A stretch of 63,519 nucleotides of DNA, the filler included, from Octopus bimaculoides (Eukaryota), in the NCBI RefSeq assembly GCF_001194135.2. It is 3 parts of 3 records of this genome, joined end to end, with 100 filler letters (N's around TTAATTAATTAA, not from the genome) between each part and the next. Parts side by side here need not be neighbours in the genome. Positions count along the whole stretch, not along the records: positions 1 to 16,979 come from NC_068992.1; 2 more parts are not named here. The stretch is one strand, 5' to 3'. Positions 1-12,662 of the stretch are shown here, piece after piece (position 1 is the first letter of the stretch; each line of letters opens with the position of its first letter). The notes beneath the pieces were generated by a model. That model was not told where the DNA came from and ran no database searches. It worked only from the letters and a program-made list of their open reading frames with translations. The position numbers and the translations under genes are program-made.

Positions 1-294
1 TATATATATATATACATATATATACATATATATACATATACATACACATGTATGTATGAATAAACTTAGATAAACTTAGATATGTATCGACCGAAGATTG
101 GTCCAAGCCATGTCTAAATTAATCGTTTTGTGGTATCATGGTCCATTGGAACAGGGAGTGTGCCTTACTATGGACCAAATTATGCTGTACTTCATTTTAT
201 CAGCCTTCTGTCACTATACAAAATCTGCCAAATATGTTGATTATCATTTATTGATTGTTTTAAAGCTGGCAACTTTGTTATTTTAATATGTTGT

Positions 295-412
295 ATTAAT
301 TTTTCACCCGACGAGATACATCTGCACCACCGGATGCCCCTGAATCAGTTCTTGAGTGTCCCACCCATGAGGGATCGATGTTAGATGCGTCGATGAAATA
401 GTCGTTTTTAAT
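295..412 (+). ncRNA. Degenerate hammerhead-ribozyme-like motif with a long loop II insertion (family D)
   Basis: CCGACGA at 308-314 (CUGANGA with U4 changed to C), GATAC..GCGTC stem II remnants about 67 nt apart, then GATGAAATAGTC. A second copy at 60558-60624 (-) keeps GAAAC-AATT-GTC. Confidence 0.45.
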
Positions 413-499
413 AAATTCTCCTGTATTCCATCTTCCGTCTTTTATTTGCCATNNNNNNNNNNTATATATATATAAATGTATATATATGTATATATATTC

Positions 500-706
500 T
501 TTTATTCGTTTACTTGTTTCAGTAATTTGACTATGGCCATGCTGGAGCACGACCTTCAGTCGAGCAAATCTAAGCCAGGGCTTATTCTTTGTAAGCATAG
601 TACGTATTCTATCGCTCTCTTTTGCCTAACCACTAAGTTACGGGGTCGTAACCGCACCAGCATCGATTGGCAAGCGATGTTGGGGGACAAACACAGACAC
701 ACAAAC

Positions 707-769
<63 letters not shown>

Positions 770-930
770 CAACGGGATTCTTTCAGTTTCTTTCTACCAA
801 ATCCACTCACAACTTTGCTCGACCAGAGTCTATATCAGAAGCCACTTGCCCAAGGTGCCATGCAGTGGGACTGAACCCAGTAACGTATGGTTGATAAGCA
901 AGCCACTTACCACACAGCCACTCTTGCGCC
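500..930 (-). mobile_element. tRNA-derived SINE, family A (CORE-like, central CA/TA microsatellite)
   Basis: On the minus strand: GGCGCAAGAGTGGCTGTGTGG (A box), GGGTTCAGTCCC (B box) and GCACCTTGGGCAAG (CORE-like motif). More than 10 related copies occur in the window. Confidence 0.85.
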
Positions 931-974
931 TATACATACATACATACATACATACATACATACATTCATGTATA

Positions 975-1020
<46 letters not shown>

Positions 1021-1677
1021 AAGAAACACACACAGTCACACAGACATACATACAAGTAGGTCATATAAATAATTGGCTGCCATATTCTTCACATACGATT
1101 CCTTCAATCGTTCACCAGAAGTGTTTGTTTTAATAAACGAATATTCTGCCACCAAACTCTATTGAAATAACAAAAATTTGATATCAAGTTTTCATTGCTC
1201 TGATTAGATATAGATCGATATCGATTTGTCGATCTGTCCCTTGCATCACCCTACCCCATCCCTACACGTCGCCGTCACCTTTTATCGATATTGTCTCTTT
1301 GTTTCTAAATCATTCATGAAAAATTCTTTCTGTTGTGTTTGTCATTTGTGTTGGCAATTGTCTTATTGTTTATTTTGTTTATTTTTTAGCTATTATTATC
1401 ATTATAATTATTATTATTATTTTATTTTTTACTTAAATTTTTTTCCCTTTTCCTCCAGAAAAGGTTGATTAAATCTTGTCATAATTTCTTGTGAATCAAT
1501 CTGTGTAATGTGGGAATTTACAGTTACGTCTTTTGTATAGAAGGTGAATGTTTGGAGGTGTGGAATTATACCTACAAGGTTACTACTATATATCTATATG
1601 TGCGTGTGTGTGTATGGGTGTGTGTGAGTGAGTGTATATAGTGAGTGTGTATAGATGTTTATATACCTATGTTCTGT

Positions 1678-2366
1678 TATTCGTTTATTGGTCTTAAATG
1701 TTTCAGTCATTTGACTGCAGCTTTTACTCGTGCACATCGACCCCAGGACTTATTCTTTGTAAGCATAGTACATATTCTATCGCTCTCTTTTGCCGAACCG
1801 AGGACGTAAACCGAGGACGTAAACTCACCAGCATCGATTGTCAAGCGATGTTGGGGGACGAACACAGACACACGAGCATTCACATACTCACACAAATACA
1901 AGTAAAAGAATAAAAGAATATATATATACACACACATTCACGCACACACGCACGCACGCACACACGCACACACACACATACACACACACACACATATATA
2001 TATTCAAACAAATAGACCACAGGACATTTTTTTCAAGTTTTATACTTATTCCTATCGGTCACTCTAGGCCGAACTGCTAAGCTACAGAGACATAAACAAA
2101 AACATGTTATCAAGCGGTGATAGGGGGACAAACGCAAATAGAAACACACATACACAGATATATACACACATACATACAAATATAATATAATATATATGCA
2201 TACATTTATTTTTAAATATGACGGGCTTCTTTCAATTTCTGTCTACCAAATCCATTCACAAGGTTTTCGTCAGTCCGAAACTATCACAGAAGATACATTC
2301 CCAATGTTCCACTCAGTAGAATTGAACCTGGAACCATGTGGTTAGGAAGATTCTTACCATACAGCT
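1678..2366 (-). mobile_element. SINE family A, composite or diverged copies
   Basis: Same tail (CATCGACCCCAGGACTTATTCTTTGTAAG) and head (GAATTGAACCTGGAACCATGTGG) as the copy at 500-930. Confidence 0.75.
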
Positions 2367-3660
2367 ATATATTCATATACATATTTATAATACCATGCAT
2401 TTCTCGCTGGTAAGAATAAAATGTCTAAAATGCATAAAGAAATCCGAAGGTTTGCTCTCGCTCAGAGTAATGTTTACGAGATGTGTTTTCGTGTCCCACG
2501 AACAGACTTCAGCCTTTTCTAGCCAGAGAGTTTTTCAGTGCAAATACATTTCATGTATAACCTATACCGCGCTTAAGGGCAGAGTAATATAAACACCCAC
2601 ACAACCAGCATTGATACTTCTAAAGGAACATTAACACAGGAGCAGGCACGAGCTCGGCAGAGTACTGTCTGCTTCTTAGAAGAACAAAACCTTTCAAGCA
2701 TCACTGTCTATAGAAAAGAGATGAGATTTTGCCACGTCGTGTTGCAAATCGTATTCCAGTGACCGGCCAAAGACGATTGCTGTATTATCCCATACTTTGG
2801 TCACCTTCATTCCAAGATCCGAACTAATCACATTGTGCAAGCAGAGATGGAAAAACTTGCTAAAAAACATTTTGATACACATACATACAAGTAAAAACAC
2901 AGAGACATATATAATATCTATATATATATATACATACATATAGATATCGTATTTGGTACACATGGTTCCAGGTTCAATCCATATGCACAAGGAAAATTAG
3001 GACTAAAGGCAAGATGTAGAAAAGTGCGTAAAAAAGTGTAAAAAATAAGTAATAAGAGTAGAACACGTCTATATACGCACATACTCGCATGTACGCACAC
3101 CCACACACACGTCTATATACGCACATACCCGCACACACGCACACAACCACACGCGCGCACAAAAGATTCCATATACACGTCTATATGCGCACAGGAAAAA
3201 ATGCAGAGTGGAAGGTAGAATACAGAAAAAATATGCGTAAATAATATATGAGCAGTAAACCTATAAAACAATATCTCTATAAATATGTAAAAAATATTTT
3301 TAAAATATGTAAGAAATATAAGTAAAAAGTATTGAGAGATAAAAAGCTTGTACGTGGACACAATATAGAAAGCAAGTCCTATCTGTAATCTCGAGGGGAC
3401 CAAAAACGCAACAAATATTTTGCCACATGTGGACATGATCCAAAAAGTTCAGTTCTTGAATTTAGACATATGGCGGGGTCTAAGCTGTTTTTCCGTATCA
3501 CAATGACCGCGATTACTATGAACATTTTCACTCCCTTTCCTTTCTCCCTCCCCTTACTTGGCAGTTATTCAAATAGCTCTTTTGTCTTAATAACGGTCAA
3601 TCACACAGTAATTTCCCTTTGTTTAACGGTCATTTTCATAGCATTTTTTTTCGCTGGCCC

Positions 3661-3795
3661 GATAACTGAAGAGATGGCGGCGTGAGTTTCCGCCCCGACA
3701 TCCGAAACTCGGAGTTTTATTATGGCTACCGAATAATTGTCACATATATTTACAGATAAATTCCTTTATTTACATAATATCGAGGTCTCTTTCAT
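3661..3795 (+). ncRNA. Minimal type I hammerhead ribozyme motif plus conserved downstream segment (family A-HH)
   Basis: GATAA-CTGAAGA(3666-72)-GATGGCGG..CCGACATC-C-GAAA(3704-07)-CTC-G-GAGT-T-TTATT. A homologous copy lies at 63032-63131. Confidence 0.7.
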
Positions 3796-3843
3796 TCGTT
3801 TGTTGTCTTACCATTTCTATCAATATATATAGAATATATACGA

Positions 3844-3875
<32 letters not shown>

Positions 3876-4047
3876 GTATATATATATATATTTGTTTACA
3901 TATATATATATGTATGTATATATCTATCTATGTGTGTCTGTCTGTCATTGTGTCTGTGTTTGTTCCTCTATCACCGCTTGACAACCGGTGTCAGTGTGTT
4001 TACGTCCCTGCAAGTTAACGGTTCGACACAANNNNNNNNNNTATATA

Positions 4048-4084
<37 letters not shown>

Positions 4085-4171
4085 GTATATATATGTATAT
4101 ATATGTATATATATATATATTTGTTTACATATATATATATGTATGTATATATCTATCTATGTGTGTCTGTC

Positions 4172-4385
4172 TGTCATTGTGTCTGTGTTTGTTCCTCTAT
4201 CACCGCTTGACAACCGGTGTCAGTGTGTTTACGTCCCTGCAAGTTAACGGTTCGACACAAGAGCCCGATACAATATGTACTAGGCTTTCAAAAATAATTC
4301 CTGGGGTCGATCTGCTTGACTAAAAAACAACCGTTGACAGTAGTACTACAGCATGGCCGTAGTTCGATGACTGAAACGAATAGTG
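4172..4385 (+). mobile_element. SINE family A, 3' part
   Basis: Contains CCGCTTGACAACCGGTG..CTGGGGTCGATCTGCTTGACTAA..GCATGGCCG, which matches the family A tail. Confidence 0.75.
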
Positions 4386-4402
4386 GTAGGTGTGTGTGTG
4401 TC

Positions 4403-4440
<38 letters not shown>

Positions 4441-4841
4441 TGTGTGTGTGTGTGTTCGTGTGTGCGTGTGCGTGGGTGCGTGTGTGCGTGTATGTGTGTG
4501 TGCGTGAGCATATGTTGTGTGTGCACATATCTGTATATGCGTGTGCGTGNNNNNNNNNNNNNNNNNNNNNNNNNNNNNNNNNNNNNNNNNNNNNNNNNNN
4601 NNNNNNNNNNNNNNNNNNNNNNNNNNNNNNNNNNNNNNNNNNNNNNNNNNNNNNNNNNNNNNNNNNNNNNNNNNNNNNNNNNNNNNNNNNNNNNNNNNNN
4701 NNNNNNNNNNNNNNNNNNNNCGTGCGTGCATGCGAGTTGCATGTGTGTGCGTATGTACGTGTCTGTGTGCGTGTGTATGTAAGTGTGTGTGCATGTGTGC
4801 ATGTGAGTGTGTGTGCGTGTGTGTGCGCGTGTGTGCGTAAG

Positions 4842-4883
<42 letters not shown>

Positions 4884-5160
4884 AGTGCCTAGACTGCCGT
4901 AGCGCATCACGCACTCTTTTTCAACAAGAGAATGTCTTTCTTTGCTGAAAGGCTTATTGATCACGTGTCCTCTACGTAATTAATAAGCGAAACAAGATAA
5001 TGGGAAACGGTAAAATGGCCTGCAAAGAATCCTTACCAATATCTCATTGCATTGACAATCCAAAGACGACACTTTCGGCAGTTGTTTTCACGACGTCAAT
5101 CGATAAATTAATGAAAAGATTTTGTTGTTATTGTGGTTCATGTTCTTTATAACGACGCGG

Positions 5161-5487
5161 AAGATGATGATGATGATGATGATGCTGGGGAGGAGGAGGA
5201 GGAGGAGGAGGAGGAGGTGATGGTGGCGGTGGTGAAGGTGGATGAGGGGGAGGTGGAAGTGGTGGTGGTGGTGGTGNNNNNNNNNNNNNNNNNNNNNNNN
5301 NNNNNNNNNNNNNNNNNNNNNNNNNNNNNNNNNNNNNNNNNNNNNNNNNNNNNNNNNNNNNNNNNNNNNNNNNNNNNGATGACGATGATGATGACGACGA
5401 CGATGACGAAGATGATGAGGATGATGAGGATGGAGGTGGTGGTGGTGGTGGTGACGGCGTTGGTGATGAAGCAGGTGGTAATGATGA

Positions 5488-5546
<59 letters not shown>

Positions 5547-5590
5547 GTGATGATGGTGATGATGGTGAATGGTGATGGTGAATGGTGATG
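5161..5590. repeat. Compound trinucleotide microsatellite (GAT/GAG/GGT/GCT), interrupted by a gap
   Basis: Direct reading of the sequence. Confidence 0.95.
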
Positions 5591-5839
5591 ATGACTTGTT
5601 CTAAAATTTATGCTTCTTAAACTTGAGTGTATTTTTATTTATTTTATTATTTTATGCTTTCTACGTTTCATTTTTCTTTCTTTTTATTTTGTTGTTGTTG
5701 TTGTTGCTATTTTCTCCCTATCCACACAGAACACAAGACTTCACTTTCGTATCTGTTCTTTTCTAACTCGGAAACGTATAATTTGAGGGAATATTGACTG
5801 CTATTTCGTTGACTTATGTTGGTAAACACGATGGTAGCG

Positions 5840-5891
<52 letters not shown>

Positions 5892-6789
5892 CAACAGCAA
5901 AACAACGACAAGAGTATCAATCAACGATAAGACCAAAGACTCTGAAGGACTACACTCCCCTTTCCTGTGTCACAGTTGATTTGGAATCAAACAAGACCAC
6001 CAACAACTGCAGCAATAACACAGCAAAAATAATTACAACAGCAACACAACATGAGTAACAACGACAGCAACTGGAGACAAAAAAAACAACACAGAAAAGC
6101 GTGGGCCAATTATATGCTTTCTAGCATTACATCTCGTCAATTCGTACAGTTTCGTAATATAAATAACAAGTTTTGCCGTTGCTCTCAGAATAACCGTTCC
6201 GTTGGTCAGTAGAATCATTTAGATTAAAGCCACAGGAGGAAAGAAAAAAATAACACTGGAATTTTGTAGACCCTGGCGACTGCTAATCAAAGACAAATTC
6301 TATAATTAATATGTATTGGAGAAGCCATAAATCAGGATGAAAGCGCTGCTCCCCAGGCATTTATTAGAAGTGTATTGTGATGTCTATCTCCGTATTACAG
6401 CTGCTTTAGGTTTCTATATACGTATGTGTTCGTATATACGTTTCGTATATAAGTACGTGCACGAGTGTTTGTGTGTGTGTGTGTGTGTGTGTTTCAATTG
6501 TGTAACTTACGTCTTATTTACGAATTTTCTGCATATTTTCGTATATGTTGTATTGCATAAATGTGACTGTATGTGTGTGTGTTTTTTGGCATGTCTGTGC
6601 GTGTGCGGCGTAGTGTAAGAGCATGCATATACCTCTGTCACCCTCATCGTCTCTCGCTTTCTCTCTGCAGATGATGGTGAAGTGGAAGGAGAACAAAAGA
6701 AGAACAAAGGAAGAAGGGGATTCCGCCGCCGATGACAAAAATGATGTTGATGATGATGATGATGAACGTGATAATAATAATAATGGATG

Positions 6790-6999
6790 CAAATTTTGGC
6801 ACAAGGCCTGAAATTTTGGAGCAGAGGGTAAGTCGATTACATCGACCCAAGTTCTCAACTGGTTCTTGTTTTATCGACCCCGAAAGGATGAAAGGCAAAG
6901 TCGACCTCGGCGGAATTTGAACTCTGAACGTAAATACGAACGAAATGCCACGAAGCGTTTTGTCCGGCGCCGTAGCGATTCTGCCAACTCGTTGCCTTC
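6790..6999 (-). mobile_element. tRNA-derived SINE, family B
   Basis: AGTCGATTACATCGACCC..TTTATCGACCCCGAAAGGATGAAAGGCAAAGTCGACCTCGGCGGAATTTGAACTC, with B-box-like GAGTTCAAATTCC on the minus strand. About 10 copies occur in the window. Confidence 0.85.
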
Positions 7000-7439
7000 G
7001 TTTCATCTAATATTAATTTTCTACTTGCATTTCATATTTCTCTTTAAAACCAAAAAGCAATCGTGTCTTCTAAATGACATATTTTTTATCCATAAATTCC
7101 TCTAAACTTCATATTCTTGTTCTTGCGCCAAATCGTAATATTTTCAATAATTCCATCAACTTGGAACATTCTAAAATAACTTCTTAGATTTTCCTGTACT
7201 TTGAATGCAATTATACTAATTGGTAAACATGGCGAAGCATGTTTTTCCCCAAATTCCATTATAGAAAATATCGATGACGTAATCATTATAATTCAAACCC
7301 TAAAAGCTAAATCTGGGAATTTCTTTAAACGCAGCTTACTTCAACGTAGCGCGTCTTGCACTGTCATTCTTATAGTTGTGCGGTGCATTCAACCATGAAT
7401 TAAACAGCTGGCAGTGATATCATTAACCGTTATTTCTGC

Positions 7440-7625
7440 TATTAAGGTAGCGAGCTGGTACTATCATTGCCAGGTTCTGAGTTCAAATTCTGCCAAGATC
7501 GCCCTAGCCTTTTATCCTCTTGGAGTCAATAAAATCAGCACTGGTTGAGTAGAAGAGTTGATGTAATAGACTAGCCCCCCCCCCTCCCACTTCCGCCAAG
7601 TTTCAGGTCAAGAGCCTATAAAAGC
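7440..7625 (+). mobile_element. SINE family B, internally deleted
   Basis: GGTAGCGAGCTGG..GTTCTGAGTTCAAATTCTGCC..TTGATGTAATAGACTAG. Confidence 0.7.
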
Positions 7626-7749
7626 AAGGATTTTTATATAAGAGTTAATATTGTGTTTTAAGTAAGTTGTCTGGGGTTATATCACAAAGGAATCTGCGTC
7701 AAAGTATCGGGAACTGATCCCCGGATGCTTAATTATACTTCGTGTCCCT

Positions 7750-7930
7750 GCGGAAGAACATCTCAAGCAGATCGGAAAAGGGTATAGAGAAGGGAAGTGG
7801 GTGCCTCGTGGGCTGTAAATAGCACATTCAGCGAAAATACCCCAAGATAAATTCATTAGGCTGGGAAACTCTACCTTATCACCCTACTCACTAGACGTAG
7901 CACCACCAGATTTTTACTTCAACGCTTTAC
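7750..7930 (+). mobile_element. Mariner transposase relic, heavily deleted
   Basis: Translates to GKWVPR (WVPHEL motif, 7798) and LGWETLP..YSLDVAPPDFYF (YSPDLAPSD motif) with a frameshift. Confidence 0.6.
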
Positions 7931-8219
7931 CAGTGGAACAACATTCAGAAGCAACGTAGAAATGACACTCCAAGCATTTTTCACTTCTTATAAAACCTGA
8001 CATTTTGCCCAAGCAATCTGAAAACCGGTTTCGATGTGGAATTATTATTATTATTATTATTATTATTATGATTATTATTATTATTTATTTATTTATTTAT
8101 TTATTTGCTACGGATGGTAATCACATTTTGAATGAATAAATATATTTACGACATGTTTCTGTTGATTGCAACTCATTGCGTTAAATGTGACTTTACATTT
8201 CGATACCCCTAATATTAGT

Positions 8220-8422
8220 TTCAAATTCTAGTACAAGACCAGCAAGATCGGGGGAGGGCTAAGTCGATTACATCGACCTTAATATTCAATTGGTACTTAT
8301 TTTATCGACCCCGAAAGGATTAGAGGCAAAGTCGACATCGGTGACATTTGAACTCAGAACGTAAACATTTTGGTACTAAACATTTTGACCGGCGTGCTAA
8401 AGATTCTGCCTGCTCGCCGCCA
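8220..8422 (-). mobile_element. SINE family B
   Basis: Aligns by eye with 6790-6999 over the full length. Confidence 0.8.
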
Positions 8423-9302
8423 TCAATACCCTTAATATTAATGATATATCCGTGTTACTTGTTGCATGAGTACGAGCTGTCTTGCTATATATTGTGTTTA
8501 TATATTGTTTCAGAATCTTTGTAAAGAATTTCGCTGCTATACTTGTCTAGCAAGTGATTTCATCTAAGGCTGTGGTGAAAACGAAGCAGCGTACCATGGC
8601 ATAAACGCTTCCACCGTGGAAGAAAGACAGAGAGGAAAGAGAAAGTACCAAGCACGGCAACGAATTCCTGCCAAAAAGCCAAAATACCTGAGTTACAATG
8701 AAAACTGTTGACATACCGGATGACTGGCCTATATGAATTATAGAGAAAAATTACTGTTAGAACTCTTGAGATCTATACACAAGAGAACCATCAGTTTCAT
8801 CTTCGAAGCTATAAGGACGAAAAAAACATACTCCATTGTATTAGATACGGGGCTCTACGAAATCAGTCCTGGTTTTCTGTTACTCAACAATTTTTTACTT
8901 TAACTCGTTTTGTTTCTGGTACTATAGAGACTCGAAAACGATCCTTATTTAAAATTTCTTAAAAAGATAAGCTTTCTATCCTAGGCGAAGTCTTCATTTA
9001 TATACTAGAAACTCCCGACAGTCTTTAGATTTTCAGAGCGTTCTTCATTTGGAAGATTGTCGGGTGTCTCTAATATATAAAGGGAGGCTTCAACTTCGGT
9101 AGAAAGCTATCCTCTCAAGACATTCTGACTGGGATAGACAGCTTATCCTCTCAAGAAATTTTTAGTGAGGAACGATACAAAACTTCTCTCGTTTATGCTT
9201 TCGATACCAATATCTTCGAATATCACGGTTCCCTCAGTTAATCGTGTTTCTACCTGCTACACTTCGGATTTCTACCCGGATTCTCTCTTTGTTTATTTTC
9301 TC

Positions 9303-9343
9303 GTGTTTCTGTTGAAGAGCGTAGGCTCGAAATATTAAAAGAC
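9303..9343 (+). ncRNA. Hammerhead-like motif with a variant core (family C-HH)
   Basis: GTGTTT-CTGTTGA-A-GAGC-GTAG-GCTC-GAAA-TA-TT-A-AAAGAC. Stem I pairs 5 of 6, stem II is 4 bp, stem III is the palindrome AATATT, and A6 is changed to U. Confidence 0.5.
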
Positions 9344-10758
9344 TTTCTCACCTTCACGAACGTTAAACTAATACACCTGTTTATTGTTTATACACCTGTC
9401 TTCTTTTTTTTTCTTTTGTAAATTCCAAATATTTACAACTTCCATATCATCTTTTTCTGTATCTAAAGGCCACCAGTCTATTTCAAGACGAGTCGTAGTG
9501 GAATTTTGTCAGGAATCAGGTCGCATAAAGGGTGACAAAAATTAAATTTGGTCAAATATAAGTCAATGACAGAATGATGTTAATAGTCCAAGATTTATTT
9601 TTCGAATGGCTAATATGAGGCGGCCACACTGCAGTTGCTTTGTTGAGAGCATTTTGCTTTGGCGGTGTTTTGTGTACGTCCAGGTATAACTAAACATCCT
9701 ATTCACGAAGCAGAAATTTATATAATCTATAGGCGTATATGTATGTGTGTGTAGGTCCCTATATAGATGTATATGTGTGAGTGTATATATAAATATATAT
9801 ATGCACGCGCGCACACATACACACAATCACACACACAAACATATATACGGATGTATACTTATATATATATACATATATAAATATATACATATATAAATAT
9901 ATATATACACACAAACACACACACACATATATATATATATATACTCACATACAATCACTTAAAAAGCTCATGCATGTTAACGTTTCATTATATTTATAAG
10001 CTTCTCTTTAATTGAAGTTCGCAATAAAAAAGAAAATAAAGCACAGTTTTTAATTATTCTGCCTCTGATGATGAAATTTTCTATATTTTTAATCACTTTT
10101 AAAAAATGAAACCATGTCTATTAGGACCTATTGTTATATTATCAAAGGAGTCTACAATGGGCGCCCCGTTTAAGAGATGGCAATCATTACATATTTCATA
10201 AGGTCTGCAGGCGGGGATGGTATTGTCGGTTGCAGTATTAGATATCTTGCATAGCATCCTTTGTGGGAATCTTCTTGCGTGACCTCATTTTCCATTGGTT
10301 AAATAAAGGCGCGATAAGTAAATGGGATCGGTTGAATTTAATGATTTAGTTTTTATGGAATAGAGAAACGTTGGAAATATAAATGTATGTAAACATACCA
10401 GTTATATACTGGGGGTTAAAGTTAGCTATGTAAGCAACTATTAAAAGTGTCTGTACAAGAAAATGTATGCACATAGATACATATAGAGAAAACTGTGAAC
10501 AAAACTCCACACGCTGCTGCACGGACGTAAACAAGCTAACGCCAGCATACAAGCGATGGACAGACAAACAAAGGACGCATGAGCGCACACAAGTGCGTAT
10601 ATATATATATAAGTACTCGGCGTTGCTCGGAAGTTTAAAGAATGTTAAAGGGAATAAATATATTTATTCTGATAAAAAAATATTTTTTCAGAAAAATCCC
10701 ATCAGATGACGTGAGTATAAACAAAGTTATTAAGACAAATCTTAAAATCAGTCACAGT

Positions 10759-11463
10759 TTAATTTTGTAGAACTTCTAAATATACAATGTTTTCAGTGTG
10801 TCCTTTAACTGGGGTACACATAAAAAGTGTTTTGGGACATCCAAATTGCGACCATCCTACATATAATTGCCCATGAGAGAAGCAAGGAAACGCAAAGTTA
10901 AGTCTAACAACCGTGAGAGATTGTCTTTGACATTTGTTTATCGACATAGCAAAACTTAGTTTTACTGGGAACTGGAGACGTTTAAATTCAAAGGCGGGGT
11001 CAGATAAGATTAACGGGATCGGTGGAATGAAACCATCCTTAACCATATATTTCCCAGTTATAATCGCTACCTCTAGGACATGGGATTGAATCGCTTTCAC
11101 CACCAAGCGAGGTGGATCCAGATTTCTGAGCAGCATGGTTGGGGCCCCGTTTTTAAGTGTTAAGTTGGGAAGTGGCATCCCAGATGGCCGTAGAGAGTTC
11201 AGGAACTCGGTTGGAAAAACTACAGCTTGGTCCTGATCAATGACAGTGTCGATGGATTTGAAAAACTGTTCTTGTCCTGGCAACACCTTCAAGAAATCCC
11301 AATTGATTTTGTCGACAGCATCATTACATGGAGCTAAGATTGCTCGCTCACACAACCGTTGACTGCTGCTAAAGTTTTGAGCAATGTTTGGAAACGCATG
11401 CATTTTGAGATCCTTAACAGTTGGTACCATCTCACCACAGGGTAGTTTGTGTTGCTCTTGCAA
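10759..11463 (-). mobile_element. Helitron RepHel fragment, PIF1-like helicase C-terminal half
   Basis: The ORF carries RAILAP, FPTEFLNSLRPSGMP, MLLRNLDP, RLQFPVKLSFAMSINK and CFSHGQLYV. These are PIF1/Helitron helicase motifs. The fragment is 5'-truncated and decayed. Confidence 0.9.
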
Positions 11464-11880
11464 GTCTCCATATAAATGATAGCAAAATGTGTATCAAATG
11501 AAATTAAAATCCTGATTCAGTGACAGATCGATCAAGTTAGTAAAGTTTTAACGCTTTCGGCAACAACATATTCTCTCATCTAATTAAATATTGAATAAGA
11601 GAGAAAATGCCATCCACTCTTTTGCAAGAGAAATTAAGATAACTTGACTTGTGTAGGGTGCATGGTATCGCCTCTAACCATTTCCAATGTCTAATATGTA
11701 CATGTACGATCTTTAGACTTTTATGGAGGCTGAGTAATAGAAAAGTTAAGGGGATGCTCGAGAGAGGGGATGGACGTTTGGAAGGGTAGGGGAGAGGTTT
11801 CTTAACCCCCTTCCACTTTACCCTTTATAATGGAGAAGGGTATAGGAAAGGGTATAGATGGTGGCCGCAGCCCTCTGGGA

Positions 11881-11912
11881 GGGGAGGTGTCACCCCCACA
11901 TTTGCCGGCTAG
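11881..11912 (+). mobile_element. Putative Helitron 3' terminus
   Basis: A GC-rich imperfect hairpin at 11881-11897, an 11-nt spacer, then CTAG (11909-12) followed by T. Confidence 0.45.
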
Positions 11913-12454
11913 TATGTAATGTTAGTTATCAGCATACAATATTTTTTAATCTCTATCCAAGTATAATTACTCACATCTGATTTAAAATAGAAATATCCAG
12001 TGTTAATATTTAAAATAGAAATATCCAGTGTTAATAAGTCGAGTTGCTCCAAGAATATTAAAAATAGGTAATGCAACTTATCCGCATATAATATTTTTCA
12101 ATCCATATCTGAGAATAAATACTCACATCGGATTTAAATGTGAAATATCAAGTGTTAATAAGGCGAGCTGTTTCAAAAATATCCAAAACATGTATTGGAA
12201 GTCTATCAAGATATAACATTTTCTAATTCCTATCCAAGTAGAAATAGTCACATCGGATTTAAATATGAATGCATTTACTTAACTACTTAACATCCTTAAG
12301 GTTACGGCCGTTTCGCAACCGTCATCATGTAGTTCTGATTTCAGTGTGGAAGAAATTATGCTTACCAACTTGCATTAATATATATATCTTCTGCATTACA
12401 CGATGCAAAAATATAAAACAAGCCAGCTCATCAGATCATCAGAACAAAGTTTCC

Positions 12455-12598
12455 AGCAACCGGATCCACTCAGGAGCTCATTGGTCAGCCAGAGGCCATA
12501 ATAGGATCACTTGCCCAAGACGTAATGCAGTGAGACTGAACCCTGAATTACATGGTTGCAAAGCAAAGTTCCTTATCACACAGCGAATCTTGCACCAA
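12455..12598 (-). mobile_element. SINE family A head
   Basis: Minus strand reads GGTGCAAG..GCTGTGTG..GGGTTCAGTCTC..CTTGGGCAAGTG. Confidence 0.65.
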
Positions 12599-12662
12599 CA
12601 TATATATATTTGTGCATTTTGTGTGCATGTGTGCGTGTGTGTGTGTCTTAAATATATATTGG

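Noticed and set aside
296-452. Protein-like peptide IKDGRWNTGEF..DPSWVGHSRTD
   Set aside because: It is the antisense of a repeat also present at 60540-60624, so it is not a unique exon.
2694-2880. Non-repetitive segment with open frames on both strands
   Set aside because: No recognisable peptide and no paired splice sites.
3864-4261. Direct duplications across N gaps (also 49437-49518 and 53878-54080)
   Set aside because: Near-identical sequence on both sides of a gap indicates unmerged contig overlaps.
4288-4964. Long HT/VC/YI-rich or X-rich ORFs throughout the track
   Set aside because: They are translations of dinucleotide and tetranucleotide repeats and of Ns.
11960-12270. Irregularly spaced direct repeats as a CRISPR-like array
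   Set aside because: The units are degenerate with variable period and no unique spacers, in a eukaryotic context. This is a decayed tandem repeat.
12303-12328. Minus-strand TGATGA..GAAACGGCCGTA hammerhead-like string
   Set aside because: Stem III is palindromic, but C3, stem II and stem I are missing and there is no second copy.
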